Of a DNA stretch of 64,000 nt, positions 37,832 to 49,271 are shown one piece after another. The notes below the pieces were generated by a model that saw only the letters and a program-made list of their open reading frames with translations, made no database searches and was not told where the DNA came from. How positions within the stretch are numbered: the stretch's first letter is position 1; the number at the start of each line of letters is the position of its first letter. A program made the position numbers and the translations under genes. This DNA is from Felis catus (Eukaryota): contig NC_058382.1 of the NCBI RefSeq assembly GCF_018350175.1, positions 57,476,001 through 57,540,000 on the forward strand, given 5' to 3'.

Positions 37832-38474
37832 TCGAAGACTCTTTCTGAACAAGGACACGCTACTTACCAGGCAGATGGACAGGTAGCAGCCTTCCCCATG
37901 GAAGGGGAAAGACCACAAAGTCAAAAGCAGGCACCACTATCACCCCAGAGGCAATCCAGACGAGCCATCTCAAGCGTGCCCATGCATCTTAGGACACAAG
38001 GAAGCAAGGCAGTGCGGCTCAAAACCCCTCAGCGACACACGTGTGGGAAAAGAAAGCAACGAGACACTGTATATCGCAGAGAGCCGTGCAGGTAGTGGCT
38101 CACTAGCCTTCAAAGTGCCACCTAAAAATCATAAACCCAACACTGTCCCTGGAACAAAGGAGGTGCTCCGTCCTCGTTCGTTCAATGGGCGGACAGACTG
38201 CTTAGCGCTTTGCCACGTTCACAGCACTGTTGCAGATTTAAAGCTTCCTTTCGACCTCCTATTCTCTTAGACTCACTAGACGTTTCTCTCCTGACTTTTG
38301 TCTGAAATTTCTGGAGTCTGTACGTGCATGGACCACAAGGGGGTCGGGAAACAGCCAAGTGCAGAACAGCACGATAAACTGACCGCCGATTGTACGTGCG
38401 TTGTGCAGCTGGACACGCAGAGGCCCCAGCCAAGGGCATTTGTCTTATTCACGCCCCATCCACTTTCTTTTGGT

Positions 38475-38853
38475 AGCAGCCAAGTTTCCGTCCTTGACCA
38501 ATTCTAATCTGGCCTTCTGAACGCTTCTTCACCTAGGTCTCAACTTTCGGACTTCTGTGTTCATCTGTGCGTTACTCGCGTTCAGCAAGAATCCTGCTAA
38601 GTTTAGCAGTTCGGCCAGAATCGCCCTCAGCCCTGACACTTCCTCTTGGCCACTCCCCATCCACTGGCCCCCATCTTGCTTCTTGACTATAAATTCGGAC
38701 TTTTTCTTGTCGTATTCAGAACTGAGCCTGATCCCCCTCCCCCATTGCAAACCCGCACGGTAATGGTCCCTATACCTGTCACACAGTCCCCCTGAATAAA
38801 GCCTGCCTTACTGTTCTTGGGCAAGTGTCAGAATAAATAGTATTTTCTCTAAC
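38475..38853 (+). mobile_element. ERV1 solo LTR (MER31/MER67-like)
   Basis: CAGCAAGAATCCTGCTAAG...CTATAAATTC...CCTGAATAAAGCCTGCCTTAC; TATA-like and AATAAA motifs in LTR order. Confidence 0.7.
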
Positions 38854-40596
38854 TATAAATGCACCCATTTTCCTTAGAAACCACCCGACTGCCGCTCTCA
38901 GCCCCTGGTAGGGCTGACCCCATCCCGGGCCTATACTAATGCATTCTGTTTCTCTTCCTGGGAGTAGAACAGACCAGAAGAGGAGAGTGCATGGTCACGG
39001 ATGGCCCCTTTCAAACCCTTTCTTAAACATCTGTGCTAAGTGGTCAGGCAACCACTCCTGACATACCTCCCACGATGGGGGTCTCACTACCTTCAGTGAC
39101 AGCCCATTCTAACCCAAGGACAGTCCTACCTCAGGCGAACCTACAATCTACCCCTGAAATTCCTACTGTCTGGTCCTTCTACCACGTGGGGTTGGGGTGT
39201 GAAGAAGTGAAGTGGGCACATGCCACACGGCAGTCCCTCAAACACCAAGGACAACACTCAAGTCCCCTGAGGTGCCTCTCCAAGCTAAAAATGCCCGGAT
39301 ACCTCACCTAATCCTCATAGGAGACCTTTTGAATTCCTGGGCCAGCCTGGATTCTCCTCCCTCAGCCCTGCCCAGCCATCTACCCTGGGGGCTATGGCCT
39401 CTTTTCGATGGAAATGATAAAGAGCCTACTCAAGTTGGCTTGAGGAAAAGAAATTGAACTGGCCCCTGGAAGCAAACGGCCTCAGGAGAGAGCTCCAGGC
39501 GCGTGGCTGCACCTGAGAGTTTAAGCCACGCCCTCTAGGACACGCTCCCCATCTCTGGCTCTGCTCCCGAGTCCCCACAGGGTGCAAGGGTCCCGAAAGC
39601 TCCAGGCCTTCACTATGCTAACAGGTCTTAACCCCAGAGCAAAATGGGCTCGCCCAGCAACTCTGTCCAAAGTATCAGGGATGCAGCCGATTGGCTCGAC
39701 TTAAGTCACGAGGGCCCAACCCCGAACCAATCAGCCAACAGAGGACGCGGCTTACTCTGAGTGGCCAGCATCTTCCCAGTGGGGCAGTACGGAGTTAAGT
39801 CAGCTTCCCCGGAACTACACTGGCAGAGTGGGGATTACTCTGAAATGAGAAAAGCCCCCCACCCCAAGGATGGGACTTCCAAGGACGGACAAAAATATCA
39901 AACCCCGCTTCTCCCTGTGAGTGAGGTTTTGAGCTGAAGACTCCGGGCTCAACAAAGCATCGTGGGAATATCATCTGCACCCAGACTCTCATCTAGCCAA
40001 CATCACAGGGCATCTACCCCAATCAAGCTTCACGCGGACACTGACCCCCAAGTTTATTTCAACCTATCCATTGATGTGTGACACCTTCCAAGAAGGTTCC
40101 ACATTAGCAACAACCATAGTTTTGAGCCCTGAAGCCATACCAAGTGCCGCTTTGTATATATCATGTCAATGTATTCTCACAACAAAGCGGTGCAGTCATT
40201 ATCCCCATCTTACAGAGGGGGAAACAAAATGCGGGAGTCTTGCCCAAGGTCACACAGCACCTCAAGGCTACAAGTCCAGGCAAGATACCCTGGCTTGACC
40301 ATCGATGCTCGTACCCGATCGGCTCTAAAATATGGACCCACAGAAAACTGGATTCATTCCCAGGTGCTTGGTTCCTTTCCAAAATAAAACGGGCTTGCGA
40401 CAGAGTACTTTGGGGTCCATCAACAAAGAATTGGTTAAACAAGGTTACACTTATATGAGAGAACATTACATAGCCATTTTAAAGGCTGGGCAATGACAAT
40501 AAAACATGAGCTTTCTGAGGACAGGGACCTTCTCTGTTTCTATATTTATCCTCAGTGCCCAGAACAGGATCCTGCAGAAGAGCCACTCACATACGT

Positions 40597-40879
40597 GGAA
40601 GGAAGAAAGGGAGGGAGGAAGGGAGGGAGGCAGGAAGGGAAGGAAGGAGAAAGGAAGGAAGGAAGGAAGGAAGGAAGGAAGGAAGGAAGGAAGGAAGGAA
40701 GGAGGAAGGAGGGAGGAAGGGAGGAAGGAAGGAAGGAAAGAATGAAGGAAGGAAGGAAGGAAGGAAGGAAGGAAGGAAGGAAGGAAGGAAGGAAGGAAGA
40801 AGGAGGAAGGAAGGAAGGAAGGAAGGAAGGAAGGAAGGAAGGAAGGGAGGGAGGGAGGGAGGGAGGGAGGAAGGAAGGA
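40597..40879 (+). repeat. (AAGG)n/(GGGA)n polypurine microsatellite
   Basis: About 280 bp, almost purely A/G. Confidence 0.97.
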
Positions 40880-42614
40880 CACACGAATTAATGAACCTAT
40901 TTCTGAGTAATAAAAGTGTATCTGAACTATATCCAGTTTCTATTCTCTTCTTTTTGCTTAGTCTGGCTTTCTCAATATTCCACCAGGGACACACATTACT
41001 TATCAAGTACAAAAACAAAACGTGATTTCATAGACAGCTTGAGCCACTGATCGTCGCGTACCCATGATCCGCAGGCCCTCTCTGCCGCAATCAGAGAGAT
41101 CACACATCCACTCAGCCTGGCAAGTGGCTCCCCTCGGCTCCCCCAGGCTCTGTCGGGGGCACCCCCCGCCCTCCAGCACAGCTGGCTACCCCTTTCCTCC
41201 CCATCGCTTCTTGACCCTCCCACCTCTCTGGTGCTCTCAGACCACACAGTCTCCTGCCACACCAATTAAGTTCCACCAAGGAGATGACAATCACAGTCAT
41301 TAACATTTAAGGAGCGCTTAGGGCTTAGGACATCGTCAGCACGGTGAGTTGCTTCCTTAACCCTCCTAATGACCACGCTGTAGCAAAGGATGCGCAGGTA
41401 GGTCACACAACTGCCCCAGGTCACATGACTGGCCCGACCTGGAAGCCAGGCCGGCCCGATGCAGCCTAAACCTTGAACCGCTGTGCCAACCGTCTGTTCC
41501 GCAGTCGGTGCTTATGGACTGAGCGTTACTGCGCGCAGACCCAGGCGAAAGGTCCAAGGCGTGCCACACCGCCCTGGGGTCGAGTGGCTACTGGGGCTAA
41601 TCTGGAGCTCTGGGCCCACTGGGCACGGCGCTGAGGCACATGCCGGGAGCTTCAGAACAGACAACCCAACGTCCTCGTAAGAGCTACGAGAGTAAACCCC
41701 ATAAAAAGTACCAACAGTCGACGTGCCATCGGGGGCCTGCGGTCTCCTTTTAAATGTGTTCTTTCGGCCAACCCTCCCAGTCACTGTCAGAGGTGAGCAC
41801 CGCCAGGACGCCCATTTCACAGACTAGAACACTGAGGCACAGAGAAGGGGGTGTCCTTGCCCAAGGCCACACAGCAAGCAAGAGACACCGTTGGGATGTG
41901 ACTCTAGAGATTTTCTAACTCCGGGCTGTGGAAATAAAAAACACACCCCACTATGCGAGCTCTCGGACCATCTCTCGGACCACGCTGAGGTGTGGGGCAA
42001 AAAACCAAGAGTGGAGGCAGTAAAGCAGTTGGGGGGGGGCGGGGGGGCAGGTGCATCCAGCACCCACAGAGCCAGTACAGAACACAGAGGGCTCCAAACC
42101 CTGCCAGCAGAAACAGGAAGATGAGCAACCTTCCAGAAAACAGCCGCAGCCAAGGAGAGGCCAGGCCTGGGGGCGAGGAGAGATGAGAGGCAGAAGCTGG
42201 GCGGGCAGGATGGCAGCAGCCAGAGGGCACGGGGCTGGGAAAGAAGGGCTGGTTCGGAGAGAATGCCAGAAGCGGGCTGTCTGGGAGGAGAGAAAGCCCG
42301 GGAGGAAACGCCCCGCCCCGCCGCCCCTCCCCCACCCCACCCCAGCACCTTTGGAGGGAGAGATGGAGTGATGGCTTCTGGCTTCTAAGTCCCCTTTGCA
42401 CCTTGTTAGATGTTTGGAAAGGGGAAGGCTGGGCCAGAGCGAGAGCCTGTCCCCACGGCCTGGGCCCCTCAGGCTTGCAAGACACCTGCCTGGGAATTAG
42501 GGCCACAGAGAGCCCTCCCCGCATCACATAAGTGATGTATCCTGCAAACAAACTGGAACCTACTGTAGCACTGAAGAAGCCCCCTGGTTTGAAAATGAGA
42601 ATCTAAACCACGTC

Positions 42615-42970
42615 CGGGGTACCTGGCAGGCTCGGTGGGAAGGGTGAGCAACCCTTGATCTCGGGGTCGTGAGTTCAAGCCCCACGTGGGGTGTGGAGAT
42701 TACTTAAATAAATGAAACTTTTTAAATATTTTTTTTTCAACGTTTATTTATTTTTGGGACAGAGAGAGACAGAGCATGAATGGGGGAGGGGCAGAGAGAG
42801 AGGGAGACACAGAATCGGAAACAGGCTCCAGGCTCCGAGCCGTCAGCCCAGAGCCCGACGCGGGGCTCGAACGCACGGACCGCGAGATCGTGACCTGGCT
42901 GAAGTCAGACGCTTAACCGACTGCGCCACCCAGGCGCCCCTAAATGAAACTTTTAAAGAAAAAATCTAAA
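42615..42970. mobile_element. Older short Can-SINE (+) with a young SINEC_Fc (42728-42940, -) inserted in its A-rich tail
   Basis: TAAATGAAACTTTT is duplicated on both sides of the inner element. Confidence 0.88.
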
Positions 42971-43632
42971 CCTACTTCCTTAGAGAGACGAGGCCACGAA
43001 CATGGGACTTGGAGCCAGCCTGCCTGGGTTCAAGTCCCAGCTCTGCCGCGTCCTAACTACGTGATGGCGGGCAAGTTACTTAACTGCGCTGGGCCTTGGG
43101 GTACTCACCTGCGGAAGGGGAACGATCTCAGTCATGGGGACAAGGCACGCCAAGTGCAGCGACTCGCGTGTAGAAAGCTACCGGCCCGTGCGTTCTGAGT
43201 CCTTTGTCACTGGGTCACGAGGACACGGCCGTGCTTCTCCAAGGGGAACCAGTGCAGACACAGCAACCATAACTCGTCTATACATTTGTCCAACAGATGG
43301 CTGGGGAAGGCAGGCAGATTTCCAGCCAAAGCAGACGGAGCTTCGGATCCCACAGCCCATTCATAAGATCAACGAGCAGCAGGGAAAGCAATTTTAGTTC
43401 CCCCGCCAGGCACTCCCCACTCCCATCCCTGCCACTGGGGGAAGGGTCAGAGTAACACGCCTGCAAGGCCCCAGGGGAGGAAGGAAGTATTCTCTGACCG
43501 CACCAAGCCCTTCCAATGGCCGCGAGCATCTGTTCAGAGTCTCTTCTATTGACAGGATGCACTTTCGTCCCTGGGTCACCTTCTCCTACTTGCTGGAGCG
43601 AACAATAGCTTCAGAAGCAAGACCCAGTCTGA

Positions 43633-43633
<1 letters not shown>

Positions 43634-43668
<35 letters not shown>

Positions 43669-43690
43669 GGGGGGGGGGGGGGGGGGGGGG
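43634..43690 (+). repeat. (GGC)11 followed by G24
   Basis: Read directly; lies in COTL1 intron 2. Confidence 0.95.
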
Positions 43691-45346
43691 AGGGGGGTTG
43701 GGTGGGAAGTGATGGATGGTCAAAGGGAGGAAAGAAACTGCTAGTTTTCTGTTCCTGAATTCAGCGAGGAGGGAAGCTGGCCGGTCGGACAAAGCCTCAG
43801 ATCCGACCAGGCAAAAAATATTGTTAAATCTCCTGGTTGTCCACCAGATTGGGGGGAAAGCCAAGAGTCTGTAGTTATGCTACTTGCAAAAGCATCCACC
43901 ACAGCGGAGGAAGGGTAGTGGTGGTACAGAGGCAGGGATCCTGAGTCAGGGGCCTGGGTTCAAATCCCGCCCCAGCGGCTCTCCACGAGACGCCCTCGGT
44001 GCCTTATTCAACGTGAGCTGTTACAGCATTTCACACCTCTGATATTTTAGGTTTAATTTTTAAGCAACCTGTACGCCTTAGGACCGCCCAGCCCCCAGCA
44101 GACGCTTCAGAAATATTCTTTCAATTAAACCAAAGGCAAAATACCATTTGGTTAAGGAAACGGTGAAGGAAAGGCGCGGCCACGTGATCCCGTGGCACAA
44201 TTTCGTACGTTTTCTTCATTTCACGGTTGGCCGCGTAGTTTTGTACAGGCACTGCCCTGAGCATTTTACACACGTTGACTCGGTTACCCTCACAGCAGTC
44301 CTGAGACTACAGGTAAGGAAACCAGGGTCCCCGAGAGGTTAAGTAACTTGCCCCCAGTCACACAGCCAGGAAGTGGCCAGTCGGTGATTCACACCCACTC
44401 TGCTGAGCTGGCCCAGAGTTCCTGCTCTAACCTCCAGGCCACACTGCCTTTGTTTGCACATCTGTTTCAAAGCTAGACACCAGAGACCTGGAATGGGTCC
44501 CATTCCCAAAGGGGCTGGGCTTTCTGCCTCTACCGAGGGGTCTGTGGTTATATACACCATGCATTCCTTCCTTTCAATGGTTTAACACACCCCCAGGGAA
44601 GTGCACAAAGTTTACACATCAGAAGTATTTTGCTCAATGATTTCTTACCTAGGTACACACCTGTGTAATCACCTCCCAGACGGAAAGAGGAGACATTTCC
44701 AAAAGCCTGCGGCCTTCCGTGTGCCCCTCCCAAGTCAGTGGCTATCTACCCCAAAAGGAGATCACTCTTCTGACTTTTCACACCACACATCAGATTTGCC
44801 TTTTCTACAATTTCACATCAATGAAATTGTACTCATCGTATGCCGTGTACTCTGTCCTATCTGACTCTATTTCCTACAAGTGAAAAACACACATATAACC
44901 AGAACACTGACAATGATCTCGGGAGAAGGGAGGATATAGCTGAGTTTCTTTCTCCTGCAAGTTCCAGGATTGTTTGTATTTCGGCTCACTGACTGGTGAA
45001 GGTGGGGGGGGCGGAAGACGAGTTTGGAACCACACTGAGTTGACCCTTGGAAAACCAGTGACCCGCAGGGGGCAGAGGAGCCAAAGGAGCCATCTCTTCT
45101 GGAGAGGGTACTGTGGGAGCAAGGGAGCCAGGCAGTCCCCCCGGTTGCTCTGGATGTCCAGAGGGAGCACGTTTCACGAGGCTTTAAAATCCTCCAATCT
45201 GGTTCCCCCAGCGCCAGAGGCGCGGTGGGGGTGGCCAGGCTCCTCCCAGCTTGGCCTCCGCAGAAGCTCCTCTTTCCCGCGTTGACAATTTCCCCCAAAG
45301 ATCAGCAATCTCCCCCCCCACCCCCCTCGAAGGCGCGTTTCCCTAC

Positions 45347-45429
45347 CTGTGCACTGTTGGATGAAGTCCTGATACTGTGCTCCCTGCTCGCCGGGGACGA
45401 TGGTGGAGCCGTCATATTTAAAAGTCACC
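45347..45429 (-). CDS. COTL1: COTL1 coding exon 2 (83 nt; VTFKYDGSTIVPGEQGAQYQDFIQQCT)
   Basis: Polypyrimidine tract and AG acceptor at 45431-45430; donor G|GTAGGG. The phase fits exon 1 (TG+G = Trp) and exon 3 (G+AT = Asp). Confidence 0.98.
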
Positions 45430-45599
45430 CTTTGGATTGGGAGAAGAAAAAACACACACATACACACATCAGCGATGGTAGCAGCCAGGTGCCAAGCTTC
45501 CAGCAGGACAATCTAAAGGATGCTCTGAATAGGGAGAGGCCAGCGCTGGCTTTCCACGCTGTCCTGGGTTAAGGCTGCGGGAGACAGCACGGCATGACC

Positions 45600-46100
45600 C
45601 TTAATCCGTCCCGTTTGGAAGCCGGCTCAGTGCACCAGGCCCCTCGCGAGCCCGGGGAGCGGGGCTTGGAGAGCAATGGAAAGTTCCTCACCAGATGACG
45701 GCCGAGCAGTCGTCGCGCACCAGGTTGTACGCCGCCCGGCAAGCCTCTTTGTCGATCTTGGTGGCCATCGCCGCAGGGCCGCAGCAGGGACACTCTGCCC
45801 GGAGCGACCGAGCGCTCCCCGGGCCGGCCGCAGGGAAAGGAGCGCGGCGGGGACGCGCGGAGGGCGGGCGGCGGTGGTGGCAGCGGCGACAGCGGCGCGG
45901 GCTGCGAGGGGCGAGCTGCGAGCGGCGAGCGCGGCGGCGGCTCCGAGGGCGCACAGGGCGCGCGCTGGGATCCAGGCCGCGCCGCCACGCCCCCCTCCGG
46001 CCATTGGCCGCTGGGCCGTGGGGGCGGGGCCTCTTGATTCGCCCACGACCAATCCCGGTCCGGGCGGGTTGCGCAACTCCGTGGCAGGGGCTGGAGGAGG
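45600..46100 (-). promoter_or_regulatory. COTL1: CpG-island promoter and 5' UTR of COTL1 (TATA-less; CCAAT boxes 46003-46007 and 46049-46053; GC boxes 46021-46030 and 46062-46067; C/EBP palindrome 46068-46077)
   Basis: Very high GC and CpG density around exon 1; the motifs are read directly from the sequence. TSS inferred at about 45950-45990. Confidence 0.85.
45692..45768 (-). CDS. COTL1: COTL1 coding exon 1 (77 nt; MATKIDKEACRAAYNLVRDDCSAVI + TG of Trp26)
   Basis: The translation matches the N-terminus of mammalian coactosin-like protein. Strong Kozak context GCGGCG-ATG-G. GT donor (TG|GTGAGG) at 45691-45690. Confidence 0.98.
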
Positions 46101-46107
46101 GGCTTTC

Positions 46108-46550
46108 TGCTCCTCCCTCCCCCTCCTCCCTCCCAACCCCCTTCTCGTTCTCCCACTCCCCCTCCTCCTCCCCCCCACTTCCTCGTCCCCAACCCCTCTT
46201 TCTCCTTTCCCTCACCCTTCCCTACTCCCTCTCCCTCCTCCCTCCTCCCCTTCCTTGTGGAAGCCCTCCTTATTCCCTCCCTGCTCCCCTCCTCCCCTCC
46301 CCCTCCTTGCTCCTCCCACTTCCCAACCCCTCCTCCGCCTCTTCTCTTACCTCCCCTCCCTTCCTTTCTTCCCCCTTCTCTCTTCCTTTTTAACTCTCCC
46401 CGTTATCTCCACCACTTACCCCTTCTCCTTTCTCCCTATTCTCTCCTCCTCCTCCCTTCCCCCTCCTCCCTTGTCTTCTGCCCTCCTCTTCCCTCCCACT
46501 CCTTGCCTCTCCCTCTTCCTTATTCCTCCTCCCCACCCCCCACCCCGCCC
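46108..46550. repeat. Low-complexity polypyrimidine/polypurine tract immediately upstream of the promoter
   Basis: About 440 bp, almost entirely C/T on the + strand (CCT/CTCC-rich). Confidence 0.9.
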
Positions 46551-49065
46551 AGGCTGCAGAGCTGCAGACCTCCTAGCCTCCAAAGGGGACCTCCAAGCGG
46601 GTGACTTAACGCAGCAGACCGAAGGAACTGACCCCACCCCGTGTTTGACTCTGGGTTCTAGGTGCGGAGGGACTGGAAAGAAGGAAGCATTTCAAATAGG
46701 AGGGGATAGCAAGTGGATTGCTTCCAGAACGCTGGTGGGATCACTGTTTACTTTGTATTCTGGTTATTTGTATTCTGGTTATCTCCCCCTTTGGGTTCCT
46801 CTGAGTGCAAACGCTGACTCATTCGGTCTTCCTCCCTCCCTGGCTGACTCACTCATTCATTCCTTATCCTGCCAGACCACAAAGACTAGTAACAGTGTCA
46901 AGGCAGGTAAAAAAGAAAAGGAGGAGCAGGTGTTGCTATAAATAAAAAGTCAAAAACAAATTCCAGTCTGAGGCAGCCCCAAGCAGTTCCTATCTTACTC
47001 CTTGATACAGGTAATGATACAATTGACCGTTGGAAAGAAACAAAAAACTGGATTCGTACCTCGCACCACTGATCAGGGGCAATCCGAAAGCATCACGGCT
47101 TTGAATGTAAATAAAGGAGACCCGCAGAAGTTTCCGAAGCGAACCCGGGAAGAAGTCTGAAATGAGAAAGGTCTTTCAGGCTTGACTCAAAATCCAAACC
47201 TAGAACAAAACAAGGACACATTTATATGGATAAAGAGCGCTCTTCAAGGAGAAACAACATAAACGACACATAGTGCCTCGTGCAAAGTGTGAAAACAAAA
47301 GACAAAGCAGGGAACAGTATTTGCAACTCAAATCACAAAGAATTCATCTTGCTGATGTATACAGAAGCCAATCTAAGCAAAAAACGAAAGCAAAAACCGG
47401 CCCAGGCCACGACCAGATAGATTAAATGGCTCTCAAACATATGCTCCCTTTCAGCCCAAACTAAGGCAGGACAGAGATCCCTTCAAAATAAACTAGCAGG
47501 TCAGCAAAGATCAAAGCTGGACAAGCCTGCTCTGTGGTGAGGCTAGGGAGACCCAGCCCCTGTCCACACTGGTGGGGGTGCACGTGGGCATAACCCCCAA
47601 CAGAGGCCACTTGGCAATGTCTAGCAGATTTACAAGCCTACGTGCTCTTGACCAGTCAAGTTCCCCTAGAGGTCAGTGGTGCCCAGGGCTGGCTGGACCC
47701 TGGAGTTAGCGTGGTGCCCTGACCCCACACTCGGAGATGCCGATGCAATTGATCTCAGGTCCAGCCAGGGGGCTGGGATGCTTGAAGTCCCCCTAGGTGA
47801 TTCTCCTGTGCAGGTGGGGCTACAGCCGCTGCTCTAGCCAGGCTCACGTGTGTGTAAATCTGTTCAAGGTTATTCACTGAACTTTATTTCCAGCCGCAAA
47901 AGGTTAGGAGCGACCTAACATGCCCATCGGTAGGGGACTGGGTGAATAGAGTATGACACAGGTTTGCCAAGGAGAACCAATGCAGCCATGAAAGAGGTGA
48001 GGGAGGGGAGTCTGGGGTGGGGCGAGACCTTCTCTATGGACTGATATGGAACATTCTAACCCGATACGTCATGAGCACACAAAGCAAGGTCCAGAACGGT
48101 GTTGCTCCCTTTTGGGGTAAAGTTGGGGGTGTAAATAGATATTTCTATTTGTTCGGACACACTTAAAAGCCTTTGGGAGAGCGCACAAGGGTCAAAGAAG
48201 TCATACCTGTGATAGAAATGAGTGGGAGGCCAGACACCAGCGGATGGGGATTGAACCATCTGAATGCATTATATATTAAGTAATCTCCCCCTCCTCCCCC
48301 CGCAAAAGTGGCTCCCATCCAGAATATGACTCCACGGGCTCAGCATCCCTGTAGGAAGCCCCTTGACTGTATTTCGCCTTTAACTATTGTTCTCCTTCTA
48401 TTCGTTGTTGCTGTCGCCCCCTATTGGACGGAAAGCGTAAAGGGCTGGTTTTCAAGGGAACCGCGGTTCTGAGCACCGCGAGGTCAACTCGGCCCAGCAA
48501 AGGCGGCAAAGGAAAACGGCACGCCGGAACTAAATACTGTGACAATATTTGTTTAAACTGAAATCCGCACCCTATACCCAGCAAGCTAATTCATGTTTCT
48601 TTAGAAATCAAATGACAATATTTGACACCTTGTTTAATGTACCGCGTCAAGAATTGAGGGAGTGGTATAAATGCATGCTTGCATGCGTGCATGCATGCAT
48701 GCATGCATTCATTCATTCCTGGCCCTGGGCCCATTATGGTTCCAAAGGGATCGCAAACTCACTCGCCTGCAGGGGGCAGGCACGGAATATAAATGAGCTA
48801 AGATCTTCCTGCAACCTGCAAGAAGTGTTTCTGCGAAAGGTGATCCTCTCTGTTGCGCCCTCCCCTGGCGGTCACTTTCAGCTTCAGAGCTGACATCCAA
48901 AGGGAACCACTGGTTCTCCGCTTTGGCACTGCAGGAACCTTGGCATGGCGGGTGCCAAGCCCAGTTGTCTAGGGAAAGCAGAGCAGAATACCCGGACCTC
49001 TCTGTGAAAGCTCTTGATCCTTAAACTTTGGCAAACATGTTCCATGTAAGAGTTGCCTGGGTGCA

Positions 49066-49271
49066 GGGGCGCTCAGTCGGTCAAGCGTCCGACTTGGGCT
49101 CAGGTCATGATCTCGCGGTTTGGGCGTTCGTGTCCCGCGTCGGGCTCTGTGCCGACAGCTCGGAGCCTGGAGCCTGCCTTAGGTTCTGTCTCCTCCTCTC
49201 TCTGCCCCTCCGCAATTGTGCTCTCTCTGTCTCTCGACAATAAATAAATGAAAAAATTAAAAAAAGAAAAA
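49066..49271 (+). mobile_element. Can-SINE with 18-bp TSD
   Basis: TSD AAGAGTTGCCTGGGTGCA at 49048-49065 and 49272-49289. Confidence 0.9.

Noticed and set aside
40466..41025. ORFs with EGRK or PSFL repeats
   Set aside because: These are translations of the (AAGG)n microsatellite.
45769..46215. In-frame open extension upstream of the COTL1 ATG
   Set aside because: It begins at a non-ATG codon upstream of the likely TSS. I saw no in-frame ATG before 45768, which has a strong Kozak context and gives the known 142-aa protein.
45676..46941. 421-aa + strand ORF, the longest in the track
   Set aside because: It runs antisense through the CpG island and the C/T tract. It encodes low-complexity A/R/P/L/S sequence with no domain, and it stays open only because stop codons are rare in such sequence.
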